NCBI GenBank assembly: GCA_964016885.1
Contig: OZ024750.1
Span: 29,512,001 to 29,576,000 of the forward strand
Direction: 5' to 3'
Origin: Eledone cirrhosa
Taxonomy: Eukaryota
DNA length: 64,000 nucleotides
Part shown: in pieces, positions 25,747 through 38,705 of the stretch
How the letters are laid out: each line of letters starts with the position of its first letter
How positions within the stretch are numbered: the first letter of the stretch is position 1
Made by a program: the position numbers and the translations under genes
The notes under the pieces: model-generated
Databases searched by the model: none
Told to the model about the DNA's origin: nothing
Seen by the model: only the letters and a program-made list of their open reading frames with translations

Positions 25747-25820
25747 AAGAGGGTGTGGTAAGATACTAGGTAGTCAAAACGGCTGGAGCTCAGCCGCCGG
25801 GGTCCTGACTCTTTTCCTAT
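25539..25820. mobile_element. Two family B fold-back elements in (TA)n (25539-25712 and 25741-25820)
   Basis: Inverted arms TAGGAAAAAGTATGACCCCGACGGC/GCCGTCGGGGTCATACTTTTTCCTA; half-hammerhead GAA ACGGC TTGAGCTCT GCCGT C. Confidence 0.7.
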
Positions 25821-25825
25821 ATATA

Positions 25826-26226
25826 ATAATTGTTTCTACTTTAGGCACAAGGCCAGCAATTACCCAGAGCATTACTGGTACTTTATTTTATCGACTCCGT
25901 AAGGATGAAAGGCAAAGTCAACCTCGGCGGGATTTGAACTCAGATCGTAAAGGGACGTAACTATGCTGGAAAGCATGGCGTCCGACCCTCTACTGATACT
26001 GCCAATCTACATTTGTTTTGCAAGGTTTTTGATATGAAATCGTGTGTTGAAACAAATATTGTTATATTTGGGGAGGGTCATATTGTTATAATATTGCCAG
26101 AAATAATAATTGTTTCTACTTTTTGGCACAAGGCCAGCAATTACCCAGTGCATTACTGGTACTTTATTTTATCGACCCCGTAAGGATGAAAGGCAAAGTT
26201 AACCTCGGCGGGATTCGAACTCAGAA
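25826..26226 (-). mobile_element. Two SINE family 1 copies interleaved with a family C element
   Basis: SINE bodies at 25826-26010 and 26104-26226; TTGCCAGAAATAATAAT is duplicated around the second copy. Confidence 0.8.
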
Positions 26227-26308
26227 TTGCCAGAAATAATAATAAAACACACTCATTGTTTGGTTTGGGTTGGTTTTTGTTTCTCTATCTTTTATATCTC
26301 CAAAGAAC

Positions 26309-26494
26309 TTTGATAGACTATATATATATATTTATATCTATATTTTTAACCATTGGTCAATCAATGAGAAACATTGATTACCAGATAATTAACTATTGAT
26401 TATATATTTGATAGACTATATATATATATTTATATCTATATTTTTAACCATTGGTCAATCAATGAGAAACATTGATTACCAGATAATTAACTAT
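26309..26494. repeat. ~98-bp direct duplication
   Basis: TTTGATAGACTATA...CCAGATAATTAACTAT occurs twice. Confidence 0.85.
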
Positions 26495-26789
26495 GCAGAA
26501 GGCCCATCTGTCTTTCCATGTTTACATGGGTTAGATGAGGGAGAAAGAATCAGGGATCTAAATGGGAGAGAAGACTAGTTGTGTTTTATTCTTCTCAAGT
26601 GGTGGAGTGAATCTTCTGCTGTACTGAATATCGCCAGTTCACTCAATCTTGTATAATCTTCATGAAGTCAACCGTGACATATATGAACTTATTGTATATA
26701 CAAACTTATTAATTCATTTTACTTTGACTTGTTATTAGTTTAGCGAAACTGACATTATTTTCTTCTATTCTTTCCTCCTACCCCTGACC

Positions 26790-27105
26790 TTCCTGATGGA
26801 GTCATAGGGGTGCCATATTGACATACAGCATTTCTAGGGCATTTTAAAACCTGATGGAGCCCATCCCTCTCCAGGTCTGAATACAGCAGATTTCTTTCAG
26901 AGAACGATAGAGAATGAGAGAATGGCAGTAAGAAATAGATATAGAGGAAAAATCGACCCCAGTACTAGACTGGTACTTTTTTATCGACCTAGAAAGGATG
27001 AAAGGAAAAGTTGACTTCAGCGGGATTTGAAGTCAGAGAGCTGAAACAAATACCATAAAGCATTCTATCCGATGTCCTAATGACTCTACAAATTCGCCAC
27101 CTAAC
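26790..27105 (-). mobile_element. SINE family 2
   Basis: Family 1-like head with a distinct 3' half GGGCATTTTAAAACCTG...CCAGGTCTGAATACAGCAG; also at 28850-29145, 33195-33488 and 44785-45003. Confidence 0.75.
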
Positions 27106-27864
27106 TTTATTTTAAAATTCATAAATAAATACTTTAAAATGAGTTGACAGTGTCCACATGAGTGCATATAAAACTACAACACTTTCATTAATGCATTGTT
27201 ACATTAAAATGGTGCACACAATTTTCTTCTTTACTCCTACATAATTTTGAATTAATAGAGTTTGATTTGTCTGTTAATGCAGCTTACAGTTTAACTTTCT
27301 TTCAAATATATAAAGCATAAAAGTAACATTTATAAGAGGCCACTCGGTAAATTTTTAGTCAGGCTTGCAGTTTCTAGAACTGCACTCCAGTGATGTCAAA
27401 GGCGTCAGAGGCCACTGAAAGGGTTGGCACATGAGAAAAAGTGAAATGTGTATCTGGCTTTTATATTAAGTTTTCTTAAAAAATGATGGAATTTCTTGAA
27501 TGGAGAATATTCTGGGAAGTTCTGATAGAAATTGAAAAGGAAAAGTTATTCACTAAAACCAACAAAATCAATGTTAAATATTTGAAATTGTGAAATAAGG
27601 AATAATTTTGGATTGTTTAGTCTGAGAAAGGTAGTAGGCATGTTTTTTTGGGGGGTGGGGGGGATTCTTTAGTCAGAGAAAGGTAGCAGCCATGTTTTTT
27701 GTTGTTGTTTTTTTAATTATTTAATCAGATATATATTTAACCAAATACTAACCCACTACCCCTACTCCATCCTCCCACTCTCACTCACACTACCCTTACT
27801 CTATAAAGGTATGTTGGTACCACAGAACATCCAGTCCACACTAAATTGGTCGTGTAGGTGTCAT

Positions 27865-28245
27865 GACAAAAAGCACCCAGTTCATGCTGTAAATGTGGTT
27901 GGTGTTAGGAATGGCATCTAGCAGTAGAAAACCTGCCAGATACAGTCCTATACGAGCGAGACACGATGGGACAATTCCCGTCTAACCCATGCTAGCATGG
28001 AAGATAGACGTTAACCCTTTAGCATTCACATTACTCTATATATACTATTGTATTTTCATGGTAAATGCTTTATCTCACATAATATCGAATCTATGAGATT
28101 TTGAAAGTATTTATTTTGAAAACAATACCTTAACATCAGTTTCAGCGACCAGTTACAGCCAGTTTCAACAGAAAGAGGTAGAGAATTCTGGCCAGTTTTG
28201 GCCGGTTTGAACATTAAAGGGTTATGATGATGTTGATGATGATGA
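27865..28245 (+). mobile_element. (GAT)n-tailed SINE 3' part split by a piggyBac-like MITE (28015-28221)
   Basis: GTTGGTGTTAGGAATGGCATC...GACGTTAA|CCCTTTAGCATT...TAAAGGG|TTATGATGATG. Confidence 0.75.
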
Positions 28246-28849
28246 TAATCAGAGAAAGGTAGCAGCCATGTTGTTGTTTGGATTGTTTAGCCTGATGAAG
28301 GTAGTAGCTATCTTATTTTGGGGGATTGTTTAGTCAGAGAAAGGTGGTAGCCATCTTGTTTTTACAGAACTTCCAGGACTAAAGCAGACTGAAGAAAGAT
28401 GAAAAGAAGAAACTAAAACTCATGGATTATTTTCTGACCAGAGAGATGGCTTGAATACTGGAAAACAGAGCGGATTCCACTAAAGACATCCAATTACCAA
28501 GTGGTGGTGTTAAAGTGGACAACAGAATGGACTTCATTAAAGACAACCAGAGATCGGGTGGTGGTGTTAAACAAAGTGGACTCTACTAAAAACAGCCAGA
28601 GACCAGGTGATTGTGTTAAACTGGACAACAGTGGACTCTGCTAAAAACACCCAATGGTCAGGTGGTGGTATTAAACTGGACAAATTAAGTCTACTACCCA
28701 AGAACATATATAGGTCCTTCCAGGTACGTTGCTGTCCAATGGAAAAGAATGAACTAGTGGGAGCTGGTCATACTGTGAGACCAAGTAAGTGAGGTGAACA
28801 GATAAGTGAAACTACTGCAGAATGACTGGTATGGCAGGTATGGACCTGT

Positions 28850-29145
28850 AACTCCTGATGGTGTCGTAGGGGTGCCATAGTGACATATGATGTTTCTAGG
28901 GCATTTTAAGCCTGGTGTAGCCCATTTCTTCTCCAGGTCTGAATACAGCAGATTTCTTCCTGAGAATGATAGAAAGCGAGAGAGAAAAGGTGAGGAAGAG
29001 TATTAGATTGGTACTTTTTTTATCGACCTCAAAAGATGAAAGGCAAAGTTGAGCTTCATGGGATTTGAACTCAGAGAACAAGAGCCAGAACAAATACTAC
29101 AAAGCAGTCTATCCAACATTCGAATGACTGCCAATTTGCCACCTT
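28850..29145 (-). mobile_element. SINE family 2
   Basis: Homologous to 26790-27105. Confidence 0.75.
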
Positions 29146-29224
29146 GCAGAAAGACTAACTTGTAAAGGCATAGATAAGTTACAAAGGTGGATCTCAAGGC
29201 AGAGATAGTAGAACACGAGAAGTA

Positions 29225-29525
29225 TTATGATGTCACTCGGAACAGAGATAAGGAAACAGGGATGTCCTTTGATGTCACTCAACATAGTTATAGATCAGGA
29301 TATGTCCTATGATGTCACTCAGGACAGAGATAAGGGAACAAGATATATCTTATGATGTCACTCAGGATAGGGATAAGGGAACAAGATATGTTTTATGATG
29401 TCACTCAGGACAGAGATAAGGGAACAAGATATATCTTATGATGTCACTCAGGATAGGGATAAGGGAACAAGATATGTTTTATGATATCACACAGGACTAA
29501 GATAAGAGAACAGGATATGTCCTAT
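29225..29525. repeat. ~42-bp minisatellite, about 7 copies
   Basis: TATGATGTCACTCAGGA(C/T)AG(A/G)GATAAGGGAACAAGATAT. Confidence 0.9.
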
Positions 29526-29840
29526 AGTCAAATACTTGAAAAATATTATGGTGAAGCAGCCTCAAAAAATAGAAAAAATGTTTGAGGACAAGATTTGACC
29601 AATAAAGGTCATGCTATGCAATGAGATAACAGAAAATTTATAATAAAAATAATGTTTTACTCAGGTTTTTATAAATACTGCAATGAATCTTGGATATATT
29701 TGAGAGCAATACTGAAAGTCCAATAGGATTGTTAGCAACTATCTTCACAATACAGATAGCAAACACAACACTTAAATGTTTTCACTTTCTTAATAATCTT
29801 GCTTTTGGAAGTAAATCTAATCCACATGCCACTACTTTAA

Positions 29841-30058
29841 CCCTTTAGCATTTAAACAGGCCATATCTGGCCAGAATTATCTCACCTCTTTCTATTCAAA
29901 CTGGCAGTAACCGGTCGCTCATACTGATATTAAGGTATTGTTCTCAAAATAAATAACATCAAAATCTCATAGATTTGATATGTGAGATAATTATGTGAGA
30001 TAAAGTTTTTAGCACAAAAATACAATAGTATATATAGAGTAATGTGAATGCTAAGGGG
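29841..30058. mobile_element. piggyBac-like MITE family P1
   Basis: TTAA|CCCTTTAGCATT...AATGCTAAGGGG|TTAA; homologues at 28015, 46736, 60054 and 62153. Confidence 0.85.
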
Positions 30059-30377
30059 TTAAGGTGAAACTTAAGGGTCACTCAGCCTCGTGATCCCGGC
30101 TAGTAGGATGAAGATATTACCCCTCGAGAATGCTGAGAGGGCCGTCATGCTTATGGAAATAAATCTAATCCACATACTACCAGTTTAAGGGTCAGTCTGC
30201 CTTGTGATCCCTAGCTGTCAGGATGGAGAAGACATTGCCCCAAAAGATGTCAAGGGAGATGCACTGGAACAGCCACTCTGCCTCATGGGGTTCTCATGGG
30301 GATCGCAGAGAGCAGGGATGTGATCTGGGGACCAAGAACACCAGAAGGGTTCACAGCTACAAGCTTAACCACAAACC

Positions 30378-30781
30378 TATCACTATCACCACCACCACCA
30401 CCACTGCCGCCACCACCACCACCACCACCATCATCATTATCACCATCACCACCGCCGCCACCACCACCACCACCACCACCACCACCACCACCACCATCAT
30501 CATCATCACCACCACCACCACCACCACCACCATTATCCCCCCCCCCCCTCCAACCACCACCACCATCACTACCACCGCCATCATCATCATCATCATCACC
30601 ACCACCACCACCAACACTACCACCACCGCCGCCATCATCATCATCATCATCACCACCACCACCACCAACACTACCACCACCGCCGCCATCATCATCATCA
30701 TCATCATCATCACCACTACCACCACCCCCACCACCATCACCACCACCACCCCCACCACCATCACTTTCATCATCATCATCG

Positions 30782-30820
<39 letters not shown>

Positions 30821-30917
30821 CCATCATCACCACTACTACTCCCACCACTACCACCCCCACCACCATCACCACTACCACCACCATCACTTTCATCATCACC
30901 ATCATCATCAACATCAT
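30378..30917. repeat. Compound (CAC/CAT)n trinucleotide repeat
   Basis: Alternating ACC and ATC runs; source of the poly-T/P/V ORFs. Confidence 0.95.
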
Positions 30918-31074
30918 TGTTTTAAAGTCCACACTTCCCCCTACTAGCAAAGCAAGGGTGTAATTGAAAATGTAATTAATTGATAATAGAATTGTTCTTC
31001 TTTCTAGTAACATCTATTATATTAATATAAAGAAGCCGAGTGCAATGAGGGCAGTGCAATAGATAGAAATCAAT

Positions 31075-31833
31075 GTAGCCTCCATTTCTATTATTCTATT
31101 TTATGGAAGTTGTGTCTTTTGTAGAAATGTAAACATCCTATTGTGTTGTTATTGTTGTTGTTGTTGTTGTGACTCTGTAAACAAACATGGTGGAGAAGGG
31201 TGAGATGTGGTGGTGGTGGTGTTTAGCCTCCATTTCTATTATTCTATTTTATGGAAGTTGTGTCTTTTGTAGAAATGTAAACATCCTATTGTGGTGTTGT
31301 TGTTGTTGTTGTTGTGACTCTGTAAACAAACATGGTGGAGAAGGGTGAGATGTGGTGGTGGTGGTGTTTAGCCTCCATTTCTATAATTCTATTTTATGGA
31401 AGTTGTGTCTTTTGTAGAAATGTAAACATCCTATTGTGTTGTTATTGTTGTTGTTGTTGTTGTGACTCTGTAAACAAACATGGTGGAGAGGGGTGAGATG
31501 TGGTGGTGGTGGTGTTTAGCCTCCATTTCTATAATTCTATTTTATGGAAGTTGTGTCTTTTGTAGAAATGTAAACATCCTATTGTGTTGTTATTGTTGTT
31601 GTTGTTGTTGTGACTCTGTAAACAAACATGGTGGAGAAGGGTGAGATGTGGTGGTGGTGGTGTTTAGCCTCCATTTCTATAATTCTATTTTATGGAAGTT
31701 GTGTCTTTTGTAGAAATGTAAACATCCTATTGTGTTGTTATTGTTGTTGTTGTTGTTGTGACTCTGTAAACAAACATGGTGGAGAAGGGTGAGATGTGGT
31801 GGTGGTGGTGTTTAGCCTCCATTTCTATAATTC
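31075..31833. repeat. 148-bp tandem repeat, 5 copies
   Basis: GCCTCCATTTC starts at 31078, 31226, 31371, 31519, 31667 and 31815. Confidence 0.95.
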
Positions 31834-31834
31834 T

Positions 31835-32000
31835 GCAAAGTGGTCGTGGAGGTGCCACGGCAAAAAAGCACCCAGCACTCACTGTAAATGAGGTTGGTGT
31901 TAGGAAGGGCATCCAGCTGTAGAAATCAAGCCAGAATCAGTTCCCGTCCCACCCTTGCAAGCAGGGAAAAGCAGACGTAAAATGATGATGATGATGATGA
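31835..32000 (+). mobile_element. (GAT)n-tailed SINE 3' half
   Basis: AAGCACCCAGCACTCACTGTAAATGAGGTTGGTGTTAGGAAGGGCATCCAGCTG...ACCCTTGCAAGCAGGGAAAAGCAGACGTAAAATGATGATG. Confidence 0.85.
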
Positions 32001-32532
32001 TAATATGTGTGTGTGTGTGTGTGTGTGTGTATGTTTGTGGTTATATATATATTGTTCTATATATATATTTATGTGTTGCGTGCTGTGTGTGTAGTATATT
32101 TATATACATATATAACATATATAATGTAGTAGTGCATGGTTGGTTTCACATACCTTCTCTTGTCACATTGACAGAAAGAACAGACATCCATTTAGGAATG
32201 TAGGTGTGTTAGAAGTTTATCTACCCTAGTTATGTCCAGATCACACCCACATTTTGCCAATCTTTTAATCCACCTGCACATATCGTATTCATATTTTCGG
32301 ATATTTTTATTTATTACTATTCTTTTACTTTCTATATTTTTTCTCCTTTGGCTAAGCCCTCCCACACCTTCCTTTCCCCTTCTTGAGGACGTGTTTTCTT
32401 CTATATTTGTGTAATTTGCTGAAAGACATAACTTGTCTCTATCTGTTTTGTTACTTCCCAATGTGTACTGGAATCAACCTTAAAAAATACCAAAACTATA
32501 GTGATTTTCAGAGGTTGATATGTTGATATATA

Positions 32533-32611
<79 letters not shown>

Positions 32612-34059
32612 ATACTTGGGGAGGGTCATATTTGTGTAATATTGCCAGAATTAATAACGGAACACACTCACTGTTTGGTTGGTTTTCGCTTCTCGCTTCT
32701 GTGTCTTTTATATCGGTAATCTAACTTACTCGGTCCTCAATGTTGCCATTGACTGACCGACGGTCATATATATATATGCAGAAATTATATTTAATTTGTT
32801 GGGCTTCAACAAGCTTAAAAGTTTTATAACTGATATAAAGCACTCAACAGTTACTGGAGTAAATATTAAATATTCAATATATTAATAGATGGAAACTATA
32901 TTTATAAAACCATTCACAAATTCATCGCAGTTATATATGTATATATATATATATAACTGCGATGAATTTGTGAATTTGTTTGGCAAGGTGTTTTATATAA
33001 AATCGTACCTAGTTAGTCTAAATGGTAGCATTAGCCCACTTCTGAAGTCTGTACCCTTGGTGGCTGTCTAGTTACCCTAAATGGTAGCACTGGCCCTCTC
33101 TGAGGTCTGCCCCATAAGTGGCTGTCTAGTTAGCCTTGGTAGCACTGGCCTTGCACTTAGCAATGTGTGTATGTATGTACCCTAAACTTCTGTTATTGTA
33201 GGGGCACTGTAATGACAGATGGCATATCTTGGGCATTTTAAACATAGAGGAGCCCATTCCCTTTCCAGGTCTGATCACAGCAGAATTCTTCCTGAGAGAG
33301 AGAGAGAGAGAGAACTATAGACAAAGACCTGACTCCAGTACTCGACTGCTACATTTTTTATTGACTTCAAAAGGATGTAAGGCAAAGCTGACCTGGGCAG
33401 AATTTGAACTCAAAAGGCGGAGAGTTGGAATGAATACCACAAAGACTTCTACCTAATGTTCTAACGACTTTGCTAATTAGCCGCCTAGCATACTAGCACC
33501 TATAATAGAAGCGAGGTAGAAAAAATATGTTGTAAAAGGAAGTGGATTTAAAGTAAAGCATCTGGTCTTGTTCTTAGTAAAGACAGACAGAAAACAAATA
33601 GAGTTTATCCTTTTGTTGGGACAATAATTCCTTCTTAGAAGTAAGCTGGAGTGAAATAAATTATTGAAAATGAAGAGAATCTTGCTTTGGCATCACAAGA
33701 GATTAAAGTTTATAAACTTGTATTTGACAAGAGAGGAGGAAAAATAACTAAACCCAAAACAAACGAAAACATACAGCCATGAAGTTGATTTACTGTGAAA
33801 AATAAAAATAATAATAAATAAACCAGAATAACAATGAAGTCTGTATTTCAATAGAAGAGCTTAATCTATTAGGCTTATTAGGTTGTGTTAAATGTACACT
33901 ATTAGCATGCCAAGAAAAAGAGATAAATAAATAGATTTGTCTTTCTGCTGAGACATTACAGTCGGCCAAGTATTAAAACTGAACCAGAAAACTGTTTATA
34001 ATGCAAAAATTCCTCTTTTGGTGTTATGGGAGATTAAATTTTATCATGTGAGCACCATT

Positions 34060-34410
34060 GGGGCAATATTTGCAGAGAATGGGTAAAACACGCAGATGTA
34101 TACATATACACATATACACATAGACATGCACACTCATACATACACATATACACACACATAGATACATACACGTGCGAACATGCATGCATACATACACACA
34201 CACATACACACACATACACAACACAAAACAGACGGGCACACACACATGTACACACATACATACAAACAGGCACGCACACACGCACACACACACACACACA
34301 CAGGCACACACATACAGACAGGCATGCACACATACACATACACATAGGGACACACACACATACAGACAGGCACACACACACATACAGACAGGCATGCACA
34401 TACAAACACA
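34060..34410. repeat. Degenerate (CA)n low-complexity tract
   Basis: CA/TA/GA dinucleotide mosaic. Confidence 0.9.
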
Positions 34411-34494
34411 CGTGATTTTTAAGTTGTTTAACATTGTAACATATCTTTTGTGCCCTTGTGGCTAATAAAGAAACATATCTATCTACCTATCTAC

Positions 34495-34546
<52 letters not shown>

Positions 34547-34548
<2 letters not shown>

Positions 34549-34948
34549 TTTGAAGGAATTCATCAGAAGCTTTCTCATGATTTTCTTTGAATGAAACAGT
34601 CCTAGTCCTGTAGAAGCCATTTCAGCATCATCATCATTTTATGTCCGCTTTTCCCTGCTTGCAAGGGTGGGACGGATCCTATTCAGCACAGCATCTCTCC
34701 ACTTGTCACGGTATCTTCGTCATCTCGACCGTGAGCTTCAGCGATCTGAGGTCTGCTCTCACCACCTCCGCCCATGTTTTTCGTGGTCTTCCTCTACCAC
34801 GTCTTCGTTCAACTGGCATTTCCAGGCACTTCTTCACCCATCAGTCGTTTCTATATTAAATTTTGTTGTATACACTCTACTAATGTATTGAGTACCTTAC
34901 TTACTGTGGTTACCCCCTCCCCCTCCCCGATTGAACCCGGGACTCACA
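34547..34948 (+). mobile_element. Family A element with a degenerate core (CTCATGA), interrupted by an RTE 3' fragment (34623-34848, minus strand)
   Basis: GAATGAAACAGTCCTAGTCCTGTAGAAGCCATTTC|RTE|TTTCTATATTAAA...GTATTGAGTACCTTACTTACTGTGGTTAC. Confidence 0.7.
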
Positions 34949-35184
34949 TATATGTACTTATGTGTTAGGAAGGGTACCCAGCTGTAAAATACTCAACCAA
35001 ATTTACAGTCCTTGCCAGAGCAAGGTGCAACACATGGCCAACCATGGTCAGATGTGCCTCCTGCCGTGGACAACACATCTACCCCATGCAAGCGTGGAAA
35101 CATTGACATCAAATAGTGATGATGGTGATGATGATTATATCTAGATAGGTTTCTTTATCTACCACATATATATATATAGATAGA

Positions 35185-35815
35185 TAGATTTCTTTATTTG
35201 CCACAAGGGCGCACAAGAAAAGGGGACAAACACAAGGACACATGCATAGTTCCAGACAGGCAAACAGACAGATAGATAGACAGGCAGACAGACAGACAGA
35301 TGGACAGATAGATAATTTTCTTTTTATTTGCCACCAGGGCATCAAAAAAGTGGGGCAAGTACAATGGGGGGAGTTTACATAACAAGGCGTCCTCAATAAG
35401 GAGGAGGCAATAACAAAATATAAAAATAAAATAAAATATAACAAAATAAAATTTATAACAAAATCCTCAATAGAGAGGAGGCGCCTTGGGGGGTCGCACA
35501 CCCCCCCGAAAAAAAAGTGTGCAACCCTTCTCCTCAGGAGCACAGATGAACAGATAGATATGTTTCTTTTATTTGCCACAAGGGCATCAAAAGTGGGACA
35601 AGTACAATGGGGGGAGTTTACAAAACAAGGCGTCCTCAATAGGGAGGAGGCAATAACAATATATAAAAATAAAATAAAATATAACAAAAAATAGAATTAT
35701 AACAAAATCCTCAATAGAGAGGAGGCGCCTTGGGGGGTCGCACACACCCCCGAAAAAAGTGTGCAACCCTTTTCCTCAGGAGCACAGAGAGGGGGTGCTC
35801 CCTCGTTCCTTATGG
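35185..35815 (-). mobile_element. Three tandem Tx1-like 3' ends in GATA/GACA microsatellites
   Basis: Each ends GTGGCAAATAAA(A)GAAA and abuts TATC repeats; the two longer copies are homologous to the 3' UTR at 43866-44072. Confidence 0.8.
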
Positions 35816-35969
35816 ACAGACAGACGGACGGACGGACGGACGTGGCGTAGTCCACTGCTGTATATCTAAATGTCTTAACTACGTTTTAACTATTTATCAA
35901 ACGATTTCAAGTATTACGTTTCGCCTTGTATTAAAATTGTCAAGAATGTTTTGTGTTCAACACATATAT

Positions 35970-37175
35970 CTATCTGTGTGGGTATGTGTGTGGTGTGTGT
36001 GTATGGTGTGTGTGGGGGGTGAGGGGGGGGTATGTGTATATGTGTGTGTGCATGTGTGTGTGTATGTGTATGTGTATATGTGTGTGTGCATGTGTATGTG
36101 TATGTGCATGTGTATGTTGTGTGTGTGCATGTGTGTGTGTATGTGTATGTGTATATGTGTGTGTGCATGTGTATGTGTATGTGCATGTGTATGTTGTGTG
36201 TGTGTGGGGGGGGTGTATGTGTATATGTATGTGTATATGTGCATGTGTGTTGTGTGTGTGTGGGGGGAGGTATGTGTATATGTGTGTGTATGTGAATGCG
36301 TGCGTGCATGTGTATGTGTATGTGTGTATATGTGTGTATGTGTGCATGTATGTGTGTATATATGTCTGTGTGTTTGTATATGTGTTTGTGTGTGTGTGTG
36401 TGTGTGTATATATGTGTGAGTCTGTACCTGTATGTATGTGTGCATGTGTATGTGTGTTTGTGTGTGTGTGTGTATGTATGTATCTGTCTGTGTGTTTGTA
36501 TATGTGTTTATGTGTGTGAGTATATATCTGTGTGTGTATCTGTCTGTGTGTTTGTATATGTGTTTATGTGTGTGAGTATATATCTGTGTGTGTATCTGTC
36601 TGTGTGTTTGTATATGTGTTTATGTGTGTGTGTATATATCTGTGTGTGGATCTGTCTGTGTGTTTGTATGTGTTTATGTGTGTGAGTATATATCTGTGTG
36701 TGTATCTGTCTGTGTGTTTGTATATGTGTTTATGTGTGTGAGTATATATCTGTGTGTGTATCTGTCTGTGTGTTTGTATATGTGTTTATGTGTGTGAGTA
36801 TATATCTGTGTGTGTATCTGTCTGTGTGTTTGTATATGTGTTTATGTGTGTGAGTATATATCTGTGTGTGTATCTGTCTGTGTGTTTGTATATGTGTTTA
36901 TGTGTGTGAGTATATATCTGTGTGTATCTGTCTGTGTGTTTGTATATGTGTTTATGTGTGTGTGTATCTCTCTGTGTGTTTGTATATGTATTTATGTGTG
37001 TGAGTATATATCTGTGTGTGGATCTGTCTGTGTGTTTGTATATGTGTTTATGTGTGTGAGTATATATCTGTGTGTGTATCTGTCTGTGTGTTTGTATATG
37101 TGTTTATGTGTGTGAGTATATATCTGTGTGTGTATCTGTCTGTGTGTTTGTATATGTGTTTATGTGTGTGTGTAT
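35970..37175. repeat. (TG)n low-complexity tract grading into a 56-bp minisatellite
   Basis: GTGAGTATATATCTGTGTGTGTATCTGTCTGTGTGTTTGTATATGTGTTTATGTGT repeated from about 36480. Confidence 0.9.
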
Positions 37176-37362
37176 TCATCCCATCCTCCTGAACTTGGAT
37201 GTCCAGTTGTCTTTTCAACCGTCACTGACCATCAGGTTTCATGTATATCTGGTTTCATATATCTGTTGTTTTAAAATATCAATATACCTACTTTCCACTC
37301 CCATCTGGTCACTTGCTCACTTACACCTCTCTACAGTACTTCTATGTTTAGTGTTGGTCCAT

Positions 37363-37910
37363 CTTCTTCTTCATCCATTTCTTCCTGAGATGGTCATGGG
37401 GGAAGAGTCCTCAAACACTCCTTCCAGCAGGTCCTGTCAGTAGCAACTGTCTCCGACTGATCCAGCTAGATCCTCAAGCGTGACAAGTCAAGCTCATGGA
37501 TGTTATCCAACCATCTCGCTCGGGGTCTACCCCTGGGACTCCTACCGGTTGGTTTCACCCCGTAAAATCTGTCCAACGATTCTTTCCTGAGACATTCTAA
37601 CCACATGCCCATAGTATTGGAACTGTGATCATCTCTCAATTCAGAGAAGCAGCGGCTCTACCTGGAGTGACTCTCCGATCTCTGAGCTACTCACTTTATC
37701 AAGTAATGTTACTCCAAAGATCCTTCGGAGGAATTCGATTTCAGCCGCTTGTATTTGCAATTGTATTCTTTCAATCATTAACCAAGATTCATGATGATAG
37801 GTAAGGGTTGGCATGAAAACCGAATTGAAGACAGTTAGTTTGGCTTTTACGCTTACCTCCCATCTTCTGATTATTGAATGTTGAAGTTGTTGCATCACTG
37901 CACCAGCTTT
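37363..37910 (-). pseudogene. RTE LINE 3' region, (GAA)n-tailed family
   Basis: KAKLTVFNSVFMPTLTYHHESW...IQAAEIEFLRRIFGVTLLDKV..SEI.ESLQVEPLL motif. Confidence 0.9.
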
Positions 37911-38245
37911 CGTCCTTCAGACATAATTTGAGTTTTTCATTCATTTCACTGCCATGTATTTTGGTATGTATTTTTTTCTTTCTAAAGCTGGATGCCCTTC
38001 CTATCATAAAACACTTCCCAGCCTACAATAGGATTAAAATGTCTTGTTTACACTCTATCAGGTTTTATTTGGAGTTGTTCGCATTCCTAGACAGGTTGTT
38101 TTTATTGTGTCTTGTTCTTTCTTGTAGGTGTGTGTGTGTGCGTGTGCATGTGTGTGTGCGTGCGTGTGCATGTGTGTGTGTGTATCTATATATTATTCAT
38201 TGTACTGTGTCGTTTTTTTGTTATTTGTTTGCCTTTTGCACACAC

Positions 38246-38282
<37 letters not shown>

Positions 38283-38705
38283 TACACACCCACACCTACA
38301 TATATACACATATATTTATGACTATACGTAGGTATTGATATATAGATACCTGTGAGTATATCTCTATGTGTGTACATGTGTATGTGTATATATGTGTGTG
38401 TGTGTATCTATGTATAAGTGTATATATATATAGGTGTGTGTGTGTGTATTTCATCCAGGAAGAATTTTATGTTGCTCTACTTTGTACTGTGAAGTACTTA
38501 CATTTAAAATGACACACCCTTAATCAATGACATTGTGATTAGTTAGAGAGAAGGGGGAGGGGTGATAGTGAGAGGGGGTGAGGGTGTGTGAGGGTGGGAG
38601 AGAGAGGGGCTGGGTGTGAGGTGATGTAATGATAAAACCCAATACCAATATTATATATGTTTTCTAAAGTCATGTACCAACAAAATCATTAACCATTTGA
38701 TGATC

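Noticed and set aside
30223-31013. Extensin/mucin-like poly-Pro/Thr ORFs
   Set aside because: A trinucleotide repeat open in several frames; no domain or splice support
31128-31140. 13-nt match to the 5' end of vertebrate miR-30b/c (TGTAAACATCCTA)
   Set aside because: No precursor hairpin, the match stops at 13 nt, it lies in a tandem repeat, and the host appears to be an invertebrate
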